Part shown: positions 1-9,262 of the stretch, piece by piece | Layout of the letters: each line of letters starts with the position of its first letter | Numbering within the stretch: the stretch's first letter is position 1 | Assembly (NCBI GenBank): GCA_965248695.1 | Contig: CBDFKD010000002.1 | Coordinates: 4,192,001 to 4,256,000, forward strand | Origin: Acidobacteriota bacterium | Lineage (GTDB): Bacteria; Acidobacteriota; UBA890; WLXD01 | DNA: 64,000 bases | Direction of reading: 5' to 3' | Program-made: the position numbers and the translations under genes | The notes under the pieces: generated by a model | Told to the model about the DNA's origin: nothing | Databases searched by the model: none | What the model saw: the letters and a program-made list of their open reading frames with translations, nothing else

Positions 1-1231
1 AGTCGTCCTGCTGGGGGCAGGGCTGCTGTATGAGTACCGGGTATGGCCGCTGTCGACGGTGGAGGCATCGCCGTCGTCGTCACCCGTCGACGTTTGGCTC
101 GCGGAGCAGCCGCAAGGCACTTCCATTGTTCATGTGCCCCTGGTTCCCGGAGGCTTCCCGCCATACGTGGCCGGCTATCTCCTGCGCTCGACACTGCACT
201 TTCAGCCCTTGGTCAACGGCTACAGCGGCTTCTTCCCGGTGTCCTGGAACGCACTGGCCGCGACGGACGACCTCAGCGAAGAGTTCTTCGACCTCCTGAG
301 GAGTCACTTCCCGGTCGACTATCTGATCGTCCACGGTGATCAGTACGGTGGTGAGTTCGACTCCGAGCTAGCGCCGCGATTGCTCGCTCATCGTGACCTG
401 GACCTGGTGGAGCGGCTGGACGACGCGTTGGTGTTCGAGGTCCGACGAGACCGCGACACCGGTACCGAGGTCTCGCGGCGCTTCGCCCGGGCACAGCTGC
501 GCGCGGTATCCAGTATCTCCTTTCAGGCGCGGATCGAGACTCCGGCCCCCGGTAGGTCGCCTGTGCTGCGCGTCGGCTGGGGCGACGCTACGCCGGAGAC
601 GCTCGAGCTGGATACAAGCTGGCGCCGGTTCCGGTTGCCGGTTCCGGCCGCTGGCGAGTTGGACCCGGACGGCACCGCCACCCTCCGATTCAGGGCCGGC
701 TATGCCATGGGCGCCTCCTTTCCGGGCGCCGGGATCGGATCGAGCGCGCGGCGGCTGCGCGCTGACGTCCTGCTCGACATCCAGCGACGTGGCGTCAACC
801 TGGCGATCAACGATGTGTGGCTCGATTCCATGAACGATTTCGGCATCCAGGCCTACCACCTCGGGGAGCGTGGGGATCGGCTCGTGACCATGGCCACCTT
901 CTTTGCGCACGATCTCCAGGACGACGCACTCGTGGCCTTCCTCGACTCGGTGCCCGACGGTGGCGCGGTAGCGCTCGGCATTCGCTACCCGGTGAGTCTG
1001 CAGCTGTCGCCGGCGGTCGCTGCGGCACTGCGTCAGCTGGGCTCGTCACTGCACGCAGGTGACTCGGTCCGCAAGTACGCGCTCATCGGTGCCCGTGGCA
1101 TCGCGCCGGGGGCCGCCGCAGAGCAGGTCGGGCAGTCGCGCGCCTATGCCTTGGTCGGCGAGGCCGGGCACCTACGACCGGTGTCGCTGCGCGGTATTCG
1201 GCTGATCAGTCGTCGCGCAGTGCTTCGATAG
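1..1231 (+). CDS. 5'-partial membrane-associated protein (YfhO/glycosyltransferase-like C-terminal part) ending in an ILEI/PANDER-like domain
   Basis: ORF open from the window edge; 'STLHFQPLVNGYSGFFP' motif typical of large membrane glycosyltransferase-like proteins; C-terminal 'FLDSVPDGGAVALG...AALRQLGS...RKYALIGARG' resembles ILEI. Confidence 0.55.
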   Translation, partial: VVLLGAGLLYEYRVWPLSTVEASPSSSPVDVWLAEQPQGTSIVHVPLVPGGFPPYVAGYLLRSTLHFQPLVNGYSGFFPVSWNALAATDDLSEEFFDLLRSHFPVDYLIVHGDQYGGEFDSELAPRLLAHRDLDLVERLDDALVFEVRRDRDTGTEVSRRFARAQLRAVSSISFQARIETPAPGRSPVLRVGWGDATPETLELDTSWRRFRLPVPAAGELDPDGTATLRFRAGYAMGASFPGAGIGSSARRLRADVLLDIQRRGVNLAINDVWLDSMNDFGIQAYHLGERGDRLVTMATFFAHDLQDDALVAFLDSVPDGGAVALGIRYPVSLQLSPAVAAALRQLGSSLHAGDSVRKYALIGARGIAPGAAAEQVGQSRAYALVGEAGHLRPVSLRGIRLISRRAVLR

Positions 1232-3886
1232 GGTCGATGCGGGTCGCCCGCCGAGCTGGCACGGCGCTGGCGATGAACGCCACCACGAGTAGCAGCGACG
1301 CCACTGCGGCGAAGGTTGTCGGATCGCTGCTGTCGACCCCGTAGAGGAGGCTCGACATCAACCGGGTTAGCGCCAGCGCGCCGAGTAGGCCGAGGGTGAT
1401 GCCGGCGCCGATCATCAACCCCGTGCGGGCCAGGATCATGCGCATCACGTCGCTGCTGCGGGCGCCGAGTGCCATCCTCACGCCGATCTGGCGCGTTTGC
1501 TGCGTGACCCAGTAGGAGATCACGCCGTAGAGACCGGTGACCGCGAGAATCAGCGCGATGCCGGCGAACAGAGCCAGCAACGTGAGGTTGAAGCGCCGAG
1601 CCCGGGTGGTGCCCTGTACGTGCGCGCTGAGCGCCCCGAGCGAAGCGATCGGCAAGTCTGCATCGATGGCCCACAGCTCGCCGCGCACCGCCGCCGCCAG
1701 GGCCAGAGGATCACCTGACGTCCTCACTACGAACGACAGGGTGCCTCGCGGGCCCTGGTCGTACACTGTGAACACTTCCGGCTCGATAGGCTGGTCGAGA
1801 GTCCGCGGTGTCGGTTGCCGGCCACGACGCCGATGATGCGGCCCCAGGGCAGGTCGGGATCGGGGTCCTCCTCGGTAACGTAGGAATCCGGGATTCCATA
1901 CAGGAGTCCCTGTCCGACCGGGTCTTCGCCGGGGAAGTACGCCTGCGCGAGCACGTCGTTGATTATCACGACGAACTCCGCGTCGCGGGTGTCATTGTCG
2001 TCGAACGCCCGGCCCGCCACCTGCGAAATGCCCATGGTGCGGAAGTAGCCGGGAGTGACGATGTTCATCTTCACCTCCCGCAGCTGCGACCGTTCCTGGG
2101 GCGGGCGGCCCTCGATGGTGAATGGGCCGGAGCTGTAGTTGACTCCCAGGGGCAAGCTGCTGACGGCTGCCACGGAATCGACCCCGGGCAACGTCCCCAG
2201 GCGCCGCAGTGCTTCCTCGAAATAGCCGCGAGCGTCGTCGCCTGATTGATAGCTGGGACCGCTCAACGAGACGCGGAAGGTAAGCACGCTCTCGGAGTCG
2301 AACCCTGGACCATGGTCGATGAGGGCCGAGTAGCTCCGCAACAGCAGCCCGGCACTGGTCACCAGCACCAGTGCGATGGCGATCTCGGCAATGGCGAGTC
2401 CGGTGCGCATTCGCCCCACCGCTCGGCTAGAGTCGGCACCACCACTCCGTTCACCCAGTACGCGAGCCAGATCGGTTCCGGCAGCGTGCAGCGCCGGGGC
2501 GAGGCCGAAGATCAGGCCGGTAAGCGTCGCCGCGGCCAGCGTGAACCAGAGAACCGGCCACTGCAGCCCCACCTCTGCGAGTCGCGGCAGGTCGGGCTCC
2601 ATCGCGCGCAGCAGGCGCACACCCCCGTAGGCGACGAGAAGACCCAGAATCGCCCCGGCCAGCGACAGCATGATGCTCTCGCTCAGCACCTGCCCCAGCA
2701 AGCGCCGGCGTCCCGCTCCAAGCGCGGCTCGAATTGCCATCTCCCGCCGTCGGGTCGTGGCGCGTACCAGCATCAAGTTGGCGACGTTGGCACAGCAGAT
2801 CAGCAGCACCATGCCCACGGCGCCGAGCAGAACGAACAACGCCGGGCGCACGTCGCCCACGACCTCGTCATACACGGGCACGATGTTGACCCCGTAGCCG
2901 GTGTTGTAGTCCGGGTACTCCTGTGCGAGTCGATCGCCAACGCGATCGAGATCCGCCTGCGCCTGGGCGCGCGTGACGCCCGAATTCAGCCGCCCGACCA
3001 CTTGAAGGAACAGCTGCCCGCGTCCGGATTCCTGAATGTCGCTTCCGAAAAGACGCCAGTGCTGTGCGTCCTCCACCATGTAGTGGAAGCCCGGCGGCAT
3101 GACGCCGACGACCGTGTGGGCGATGCCGTTGAGCTCGATCGAGGTACCGAGTATCCCGGCATCGCCGGCGAACCGCCGTTGCCACGAACCGTGGCTGAGC
3201 ACCACGACGCGCTCGTCGGTGCTCCAGTCGGAGTCGGCAAAGCCACGCCCCATGCGGGGCTGCACGCCGAGGATGTCGAAGAACGAGGCGGATACCACCT
3301 GCGAGCTGACGCGCTCTGGATCGCCCGACCCTGTGAGGTTGTCGTCGGTGGGCACGATGGCCGCCATGTCGACAAAGGTCGTATTCATGTCGCGCCAGTC
3401 GGTGAAGTTGTCCCACGACGTGACGTCCTGGTGCCAACCCTGGAGGTTGTTGTCCAGCCAGACGGTCATCAGCTCGTTCGGCTGCGGGTAGGCCAGCGGG
3501 TTGAGCAGCACCCCGTACACGACGCTGAAGATCGACGCGTTGGCGCCAATGCCCAGGGCCAGCGCCAGCAGCGCGGTGAGGGTCACCGCTGGTTGCTTGA
3601 GCCAGGAGCGCAGGGTGAACCGGAAGCTCTGTATGGCGTTGTCCATGAGGGTTCCGCGGCGGGGATTCTGAGGCGGGACAGGGTAGGGGCGGCGGGCCTC
3701 TCGCAGCGAGCCGATGACGTTGCGCCAGTAGCGCAGGTGCGCGGCGCGGCGGCCGAGGCGCGGCAGGTGGTCGGTGTGGAACTCCTCCTCGATGTCGCCG
3801 AGAATGAACTCGCGGGCGTCGCCGTGCACCAGAAGCCGGAACAGCAACCGCGCCAGGCGCGAGGGACGCTGCATCGGTGGCGGCAC
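1206..3886 (-). CDS. ADOP-family duplicated ABC permease (MacB/FtsX x2) with permease-prefix N-terminus; frameshift at ~1798
   Basis: 'LALGIGANASIFSVVYGVLL', 'LLICCANVANLML', 'REMAIRAALGA', C-term 'PARRATRIDPIEALR'; ORFs 1727..3886 and 1206..1775 join if an extra 'tc' in 'ctctc' is removed (RGLDQPIEPEVFTV). Confidence 0.9.
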
Positions 3887-3909
3887 CTAGATTCCCCTGT
3901 TACCGGCCA

Positions 3910-4266
3910 CTAGTCGTCCGCCTGCATCTCGCCGGCGGCCGCCAGCGTCGCAAGTCGTCCGGTTAGCCCGCTCGACATGTCGCGCACGTTCACGAACGCT
4001 CGTTGTAGCGCTGCGGCGCCGGTCGATTCCAGGCGGTAGTACTTGCGCCGGCGCCCACCACGCTGCGGGGTGGTCTCACCGACGCGCGAGGTCACCAGAC
4101 CGCGCGCCTCCAGACGCCCGAGCGCGGTGTAGACCGCCCCAGACGTAACCGGGCGCCCGGTGCGCTCCTCGATCTCCTGGCGAACGGAGAGTCCGTAAGC
4201 ACGCTCGCCAAGGCGCAGCAATGCGAAGAGGATCAGCTGTTCAAACTCGCCGAGGTGGTTGGACAC
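3910..4266 (-). CDS. PadR family transcriptional regulator
   Basis: 'LGEFEQLILFALLRL...YGLSVRQEIEERTG...GAVYTALGRLE...RRRKYYRL'; GTG start at 4266 with GGAG RBS. Confidence 0.93.
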   Translation of the reverse strand: MSNHLGEFEQLILFALLRLGERAYGLSVRQEIEERTGRPVTSGAVYTALGRLEARGLVTSRVGETTPQRGGRRRKYYRLESTGAAALQRAFVNVRDMSSGLTGRLATLAAAGEMQADD

Positions 4267-4279
4267 GGGGGATTCTCCA

Positions 4280-4327
4280 CAAAAACCACAGTGTGGTATT
4301 TGAACAATAGTCACACTGTAGTTTTTG
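4280..4327. promoter_or_regulatory. Long imperfect inverted repeat, putative PadR operator
   Basis: caaaaaccacagtgtg...cacactgtagtttttg: 16-bp arms, one mismatch, directly upstream of the padR RBS. Confidence 0.65.
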
Positions 4328-4442
4328 ATGGGCCGCGGCGCAAGGACGAGGGGGGTAGGTAAGGCCTCCAGTAGCCTTGGTCAGGCACGAACTGCCGGAG
4401 CGCGTGAGAGCAATCGAGCAAGGCTCGTCCAGCGATCGGCGG

Positions 4443-4859
4443 CTAGGCGATGACGGTGAGCCCGAGGGCGCGGAAGTCGCGGTCGAACGTCAAGCACGGA
4501 ATCCCGTCGAGCAGGGTCGTGATCACGACGAACGAGACCGCGTCGCACATCGATAGATGCCGGTCGCTGCCGTAGAGCCGAAAAACCTCGATCGCCTCGG
4601 TGTGCAGTGCATCGCCAGAAGACAGTATGCGCAGCCTCGGCACGAGCTCCGCCAGGAACGTGCAGGAGGCGTCGTACGAGGCGCGATAGCGGAGAAGAGT
4701 GGCCGTTTCGCTGATTACGTCCCACGTGGTCACGAAGGAGGTGGCGGCCATGGCGGCGTGCTGGAGGATCTCCGCGGCGCGCGCGTGATGGTGATCCCGC
4801 CCGTCCAGACAGGCGTAGAAGAACGACGTGTCGCAGAACACCCGTGGCGGCATCTTCAC
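4443..4859 (-). CDS. vapC: PIN-domain VapC toxin
   Basis: 'VFCDTSFFYA', 'VISETATLL', 'LSMCDAVSF', 'LTFDRDF' PIN acidic motifs. Confidence 0.92.
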   Translation of the reverse strand: MKMPPRVFCDTSFFYACLDGRDHHHARAAEILQHAAMAATSFVTTWDVISETATLLRYRASYDASCTFLAELVPRLRILSSGDALHTEAIEVFRLYGSDRHLSMCDAVSFVVITTLLDGIPCLTFDRDFRALGLTVIA

Positions 4860-5131
4860 GGATCGTCGGGCCCGTGGCGGTCCCCGCCGTACAGAACCTC
4901 CTTGACGCGGCCCGCGATGTTTCGTTTCGGGCCCTCGTGCTCGGGCATGTCAGCAATCAGCTCCAGCAGCTTCTGGGCGGCGGCGCCCGCCGGCGGCTCG
5001 TTGTCAGATGCGCGGAGCTCGGCCACCAGATTGCCGTGCACCGTGATCTGGATACGCAACTCAGGATCCTCTCTGACCCGTCGGACCAGCTCGGGAAGCC
5101 GCTGTCTTGCTTCGCTCACGGACAGTTCCAT
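4856..5131 (-). CDS. Phd/YefM-like antitoxin
   Basis: 'MELSVSEARQRLPELVRRV...IQITVHGNLVAEL'; overlaps vapC start by 4 nt. Confidence 0.85.
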   Translation of the reverse strand: MELSVSEARQRLPELVRRVREDPELRIQITVHGNLVAELRASDNEPPAGAAAQKLLELIADMPEHEGPKRNIAGRVKEVLYGGDRHGPDDP

Positions 5132-5138
5132 TCTGAAA

Positions 5139-5180
5139 TTGTACTGATATGTACGATAGATGTACAAGTGAGCGTACATA
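5139..5180. promoter_or_regulatory. Putative TA autoregulatory operator (four GTAC cores)
   Basis: ttGTACtgatatGTACgatagatGTACaagtgagcGTACat just upstream of the antitoxin ATG. Confidence 0.55.
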
Positions 5181-5364
5181 CGTGAGCCCTGCTTCATCCC
5201 ATAGACGGCAACGCGCCGTGTGATACCCGTCCCATGACTCGCCGTTGCCGCGCTCCCAAAGGCCACCGCGGCGACGCTTGACGTGGCTGCAGTCGAGCGT
5301 CACGCTCGCTCGTGCAACTCGACGCAAGAGGCGAAATCCGACACCCGGCGAGACGAGGCGATCC

Positions 5365-6612
5365 GTGGGAAGAGCTTTGGATGGCGTGCGCATCCTCGAT
5401 ATGACCCATGTGCAGTCAGGACCGACATGCACCCAGATCCTGGCGTGGTTCGGCGCCGACGTCATCAAGGTGGAGCGGCCCGGCTCCGGCGACGCGACCC
5501 GCGGCCAGCTGCGCGACATCCCCGATGTCGACAGCCTGTACTTCACGATGCTCAACTCCAACAAGCGCAGCATCACGTTGAATCCCAAGACCGAAGCCGG
5601 CAACGCCATCTTTGCCAAATTGATCGAGGCATGCGACGTGCTGGTGGAGAACTTCGCGCCCGGGGCCATCGATCGCATGGGTTTTCCGTGGGACAAGATC
5701 CAGCAGATCAATCCGCGTCTGATCTACGCCTCGGTGAAAGGGTTCGGCCCCGGTCCGTTCGAGGAGTGCAAGGTCTACGAGAACGTCGCTCAATGCACCG
5801 GCGGCGCCGTCTCGACCACCGGCGAGATCGATCGCGTGCCGACGGTCACCGGCGCCCAGATCGGCGACTCGGGCACCGGGATGCACCTGGTGGCGGGGAT
5901 CTTGGCAGCCCTGTTCCAGCGTGAGACGTCGGGTAGGGGACAGCGCGTCTCATGCGCCATGCAGGATGCCGTGCTGAACCTCTGCCGGGTCAAGCTCCGC
6001 GACCAGCAGCGTCTGGCCCACGGGCCGCTAAAGGAGTACCCGCAATATCCGGCGGGTACCTTCGGCGATGCCGTGCCGCGCGCCGGCAATGCCTCGGGAG
6101 GCGGCCAGCCCGGCTGGATTCTCAAGTGCAAGGGATGGGAGACCGACCCGGATGCCTACATCTACGTGATCACCCAGGCGGCGGCGTTTCCGGCACTCGC
6201 CAAGGCGATCGGTCACGAGGAATGGAACGACGATCCGGAGTGGAACACCCCGGCGGCGCGCATACCCAAGCTCGAGGAGATGTTCGCCGAGATCGAAAAG
6301 TGGACCATGACCAAGGACAAGATGCAGGCCATGGACATCCTCAACCCGCTCAACGTGCCCTGTGGCCCGGTACTGTCGATGAAGGAGCTCGCCGACGAGC
6401 CCACTTTGCGCGAGACGGGAACCGTCGTCGAGGTCGACCATCCGGAACGCGGCCCCTACCTGACCGTGGGCAACCCGATAAAGCTCTCCGACTCGCCCTC
6501 CGACGTCGACCGGTCGCCGTTGTTGGGCGAGCACACCGAGGAGATTCTCAGGACCGTCGTCGGTCTCGATGACAGCGAGATCGCGGACGCGCGCGAGCAG
6601 GGCGCGATCTGA
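5365..6612 (+). CDS. frc: Formyl-CoA:oxalate CoA-transferase (CaiB/BaiF family III)
   Basis: '[33 protein letters not shown]', 'YENVAQC', '[10 protein letters not shown]' glycine loop; GTG start gives ~415 aa. Confidence 0.93.
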   Translation: MGRALDGVRILDMTHVQSGPTCTQILAWFGADVIKVERPGSGDATRGQLRDIPDVDSLYFTMLNSNKRSITLNPKTEAGNAIFAKLIEACDVLVENFAPGAIDRMGFPWDKIQQINPRLIYASVKGFGPGPFEECKVYENVAQCTGGAVSTTGEIDRVPTVTGAQIGDSGTGMHLVAGILAALFQRETSGRGQRVSCAMQDAVLNLCRVKLRDQQRLAHGPLKEYPQYPAGTFGDAVPRAGNASGGGQPGWILKCKGWETDPDAYIYVITQAAAFPALAKAIGHEEWNDDPEWNTPAARIPKLEEMFAEIEKWTMTKDKMQAMDILNPLNVPCGPVLSMKELADEPTLRETGTVVEVDHPERGPYLTVGNPIKLSDSPSDVDRSPLLGEHTEEILRTVVGLDDSEIADAREQGAI

Positions 6613-7673
6613 TGAAGCACGACGTGCTCATTCTCGGCGCTTCGTACGGTTCGCTGCTCGGCACCAAGACGCTGCTGGCCGGGCACTCGGTGACGCTGGT
6701 CTGTACCGCGCCCACCGCAGCGCTGATCAACGATGCCGGAACCACCGTCCGCTTGCCGATTCGCGGCCGAGAAGGGTTGGTGGAAATCGCCTCGGGGGGC
6801 TGTAGCGGCGAGCTGTCGGCGAGCGTGCCCGACGACGTCGATCCTGGTGCGTTTTGCCTGGTGGTGCTAGCCATGCAGGAGGCGCAGTACGGAGCTCCGG
6901 GGGTTCGTGAGCTCATGCAGCGCATTGCCGCGGCGCGGGTGCCGAGCCTGGCGATCATGAACATGCCGCCACTCCCCTATCTCGAGCGCGTTCCCGGCCT
7001 CGATACCGAACCGCTGGTGCAGTGTTACACCGACGCCACCGTCTGGGAGGGCTTCGAGCCCGGCCTGGTAACCCTAGCAAGCCCGGACCCCCAGGCGTTC
7101 CGCCCGCCGGACGAGCCGAAGAACGTCCTCCAGGTTGGCCTGCCGACAAACTTCAAGAGCGCCGCCTTCGAGGCCCACGGGCACACCGCCATGCTGCGCG
7201 ACATCGAGGCCGACATCCTCGCCATCCGCCACGATCCCGGTGACGGCGCCATCGAGTTGCCGGTGAAGCTCCGCGTGCACGATTCGCTCTTCGTACCGCT
7301 GGCCAAATGGCCGATGCTGATGGCCGGCAACTACCGCTGTATCCGTCGCGACGACATGATCTCCATCCGCGACGCGGTGCACGGGGATCTCGACTTGTCG
7401 CGCCAGACGTACGACTGGACCCGACAGCTCTGCACCAGTCTGGGCGCAGCCGACACCGACATGGTGCCGTTCGAGAAGTACGCCAGGGCGGCCGAAGGGT
7501 TGCTCAAACCCTCGTCGGCAGCGCGCGCGCTGTTCGGCGGCGCCAAGCACATCGAGCGGGTCGACTGCCTGGTGCGCCAGATTGCCCAGCAGCAAGGTAT
7601 GCAGTCGGAGACGGTCGACGAGATCGTGACGCTGGTGGACCAGCGCCTGGAAGCCAACCGCGCCGCCGAATGA
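6612..7673 (+). CDS. Ketopantoate-reductase-like Rossmann oxidoreductase
   Basis: 'VLILGASYGSLLG' nucleotide-binding start; overlaps the frc stop codon. Confidence 0.65.
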   Translation: MKHDVLILGASYGSLLGTKTLLAGHSVTLVCTAPTAALINDAGTTVRLPIRGREGLVEIASGGCSGELSASVPDDVDPGAFCLVVLAMQEAQYGAPGVRELMQRIAAARVPSLAIMNMPPLPYLERVPGLDTEPLVQCYTDATVWEGFEPGLVTLASPDPQAFRPPDEPKNVLQVGLPTNFKSAAFEAHGHTAMLRDIEADILAIRHDPGDGAIELPVKLRVHDSLFVPLAKWPMLMAGNYRCIRRDDMISIRDAVHGDLDLSRQTYDWTRQLCTSLGAADTDMVPFEKYARAAEGLLKPSSAARALFGGAKHIERVDCLVRQIAQQQGMQSETVDEIVTLVDQRLEANRAAE

Positions 7674-8668
7674 AGGCCGTGTTGCTGGATGGGTTCGGCG
7701 GCACCGACGTGCTGCGCGTCGGTGAGGCCGAGCGGCCCGCCGCGGGCCCGGGACAGGTGTTGATCAAGGTGGTGGCCAGCTCGGTCAACCGTCCCGACAT
7801 CATGCAGCGTCAGGGTAGCTATCCGCCGCCGGCCGGCGAGTCGGAGATCCTCGGGCTGGAAGTGGCCGGCACGATCGAGCAGGTTGGCGCCGGAGACGAC
7901 GCCGAGGTCGGTAGCTGGAGCGTCGGTGACCGCGTCATGTGCCTGGTTGCCGGCGGCGGCTACGCCGAGTACGTGACTGCCTACGCCGGTCATCTGATCG
8001 CCATTCCCGAGACCATGAGCTTCGATGAAGCGGCCTGCGTTTGCGAGACGTACATCACCGCGTTCCTCAACATCTTCATGATCGGCGGCTTCGCCGACGG
8101 TCAAACCGCACTGTTGCATGGCGGTGGCGGCGGCGTGAACACGGCGGCGATCCAGCTCTGCCGAACGCTCGCGCCGGACTCGGAGATCATCGTCACCGCC
8201 TCGACGGGCAAGCTCGCACGCGTCGAGGCGCTTGGGGCGCATCGGGTCATCGACTACACCGAGCAGGAATTCGCGCCCGCGGTGCGCGAGTTGACGGACG
8301 GCAAGGGCGCCGACCTGATCCTTGACCACATCGGTGCCAAGTACCTCACCGCCAACCTGAAGGCTCTGGCCGTCGGCGGCACGCTCATGCTCATCGGGAT
8401 GATGGGCGGCATCAAGGCGGAGCTCAACCTGGCGCGCATGATGGTCAAGCGCCAGCGCATCATCGGCTCGGTGCTGCGCTCACGTCCCGTCGACGAGAAG
8501 GCCCGGATCACTGCGGAGTTCACGCGAACGGTGGTGCCGCGACTGGCGGACCGCACTATCGCGCCGTTGATCCATCAGGTATTCCCTCTGAAGCAGGTGA
8601 GGGAGGCGCACGACACCATGGAGCAGAGCCGTCACTTCGGCAAGATCGTGCTTTCGGTAACTTCCTGA
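7670..8668 (+). CDS. NAD(P)H-quinone oxidoreductase (PIG3/zeta-crystallin MDR family)
   Basis: 'VNRPDIMQRQGSYPPPAGESEILGLEVAG', 'GGGYAEY', 'HFGKIVL'; ATGA overlap with previous gene. Confidence 0.9.
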   Translation: MKAVLLDGFGGTDVLRVGEAERPAAGPGQVLIKVVASSVNRPDIMQRQGSYPPPAGESEILGLEVAGTIEQVGAGDDAEVGSWSVGDRVMCLVAGGGYAEYVTAYAGHLIAIPETMSFDEAACVCETYITAFLNIFMIGGFADGQTALLHGGGGGVNTAAIQLCRTLAPDSEIIVTASTGKLARVEALGAHRVIDYTEQEFAPAVRELTDGKGADLILDHIGAKYLTANLKALAVGGTLMLIGMMGGIKAELNLARMMVKRQRIIGSVLRSRPVDEKARITAEFTRTVVPRLADRTIAPLIHQVFPLKQVREAHDTMEQSRHFGKIVLSVTS

Positions 8669-8722
8669 CCGGCGCGCCTGCCTTGAGGCCGCCCCGGCCC
8701 CGGGACCGTCTAAGCAGACGGT

Positions 8723-8998
8723 ATGGCAGCACCGATCCTCCGATTCGTCTTCACGCCCCACGCGCGGCGGGCGATGGCGCGGCGTGGCATCACTGAGAAG
8801 GTGGTGCGATGCGTCCTCGCGGCACCCGAGCAACGGCGAAGAACCCGGGACCGGCGCACCGTCCTGCAATCCCGAATCGCACTCGGCAACACCCTATACT
8901 TGGTGCGTGTCTTTGTTGACGCGGGCTTCGATCCACCTGAGGTAGTCACTGTCTATCGAACGAGCAAGGTCGGCAAGTACTGGAGCGGCTACTCATGA
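8723..8998 (+). CDS. DUF4258-like (RelE/BrnT-like fold) putative toxin
   Basis: 'FTPHARRAMARRGIT...VVTVYRTSK'; paired with DUF2283 gene. Confidence 0.75.
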   Translation: MAAPILRFVFTPHARRAMARRGITEKVVRCVLAAPEQRRRTRDRRTVLQSRIALGNTLYLVRVFVDAGFDPPEVVTVYRTSKVGKYWSGYS

Positions 8999-9195
8999 AA
9001 GTTACCTACGATACGCGGACCGACACCCTCACGTTCCTACTGAAGAACGGTACGGTGGTCGCGGAGAGCGACGAGGACAAGCCCGGGGTCATCCTCGACT
9101 ACGACACCGACGGCGATCTGGTGGCGGTCGAGATTCGGGACGCTTCCGTGCGTGTGTCTGAAGCGCACAAGGTCGAATTCCAGACGGTCGGATGA
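8995..9195 (+). CDS. DUF2283 family protein (putative antitoxin)
   Basis: 'MKVTYDTRTDTL...ESDEDKPGVILDYDTDGDLVAVEI'; ATGA overlap. Confidence 0.85.
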   Translation: MKVTYDTRTDTLTFLLKNGTVVAESDEDKPGVILDYDTDGDLVAVEIRDASVRVSEAHKVEFQTVG

Positions 9196-9262
9196 AGCCT
9201 GGAGTCCGGCTGCGACGATTTCTCAGCCGGAGCGTAGCGGGTCTGAGTTGCGCACCGCCTTG

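Noticed and set aside
2246-3913. Long antisense ORFs (555 aa here; also 39331..40677, 60227..61804, 45749..46927 and others)
   Set aside because: Shadow frames of real genes, expected in high-GC DNA; no recognisable motifs.
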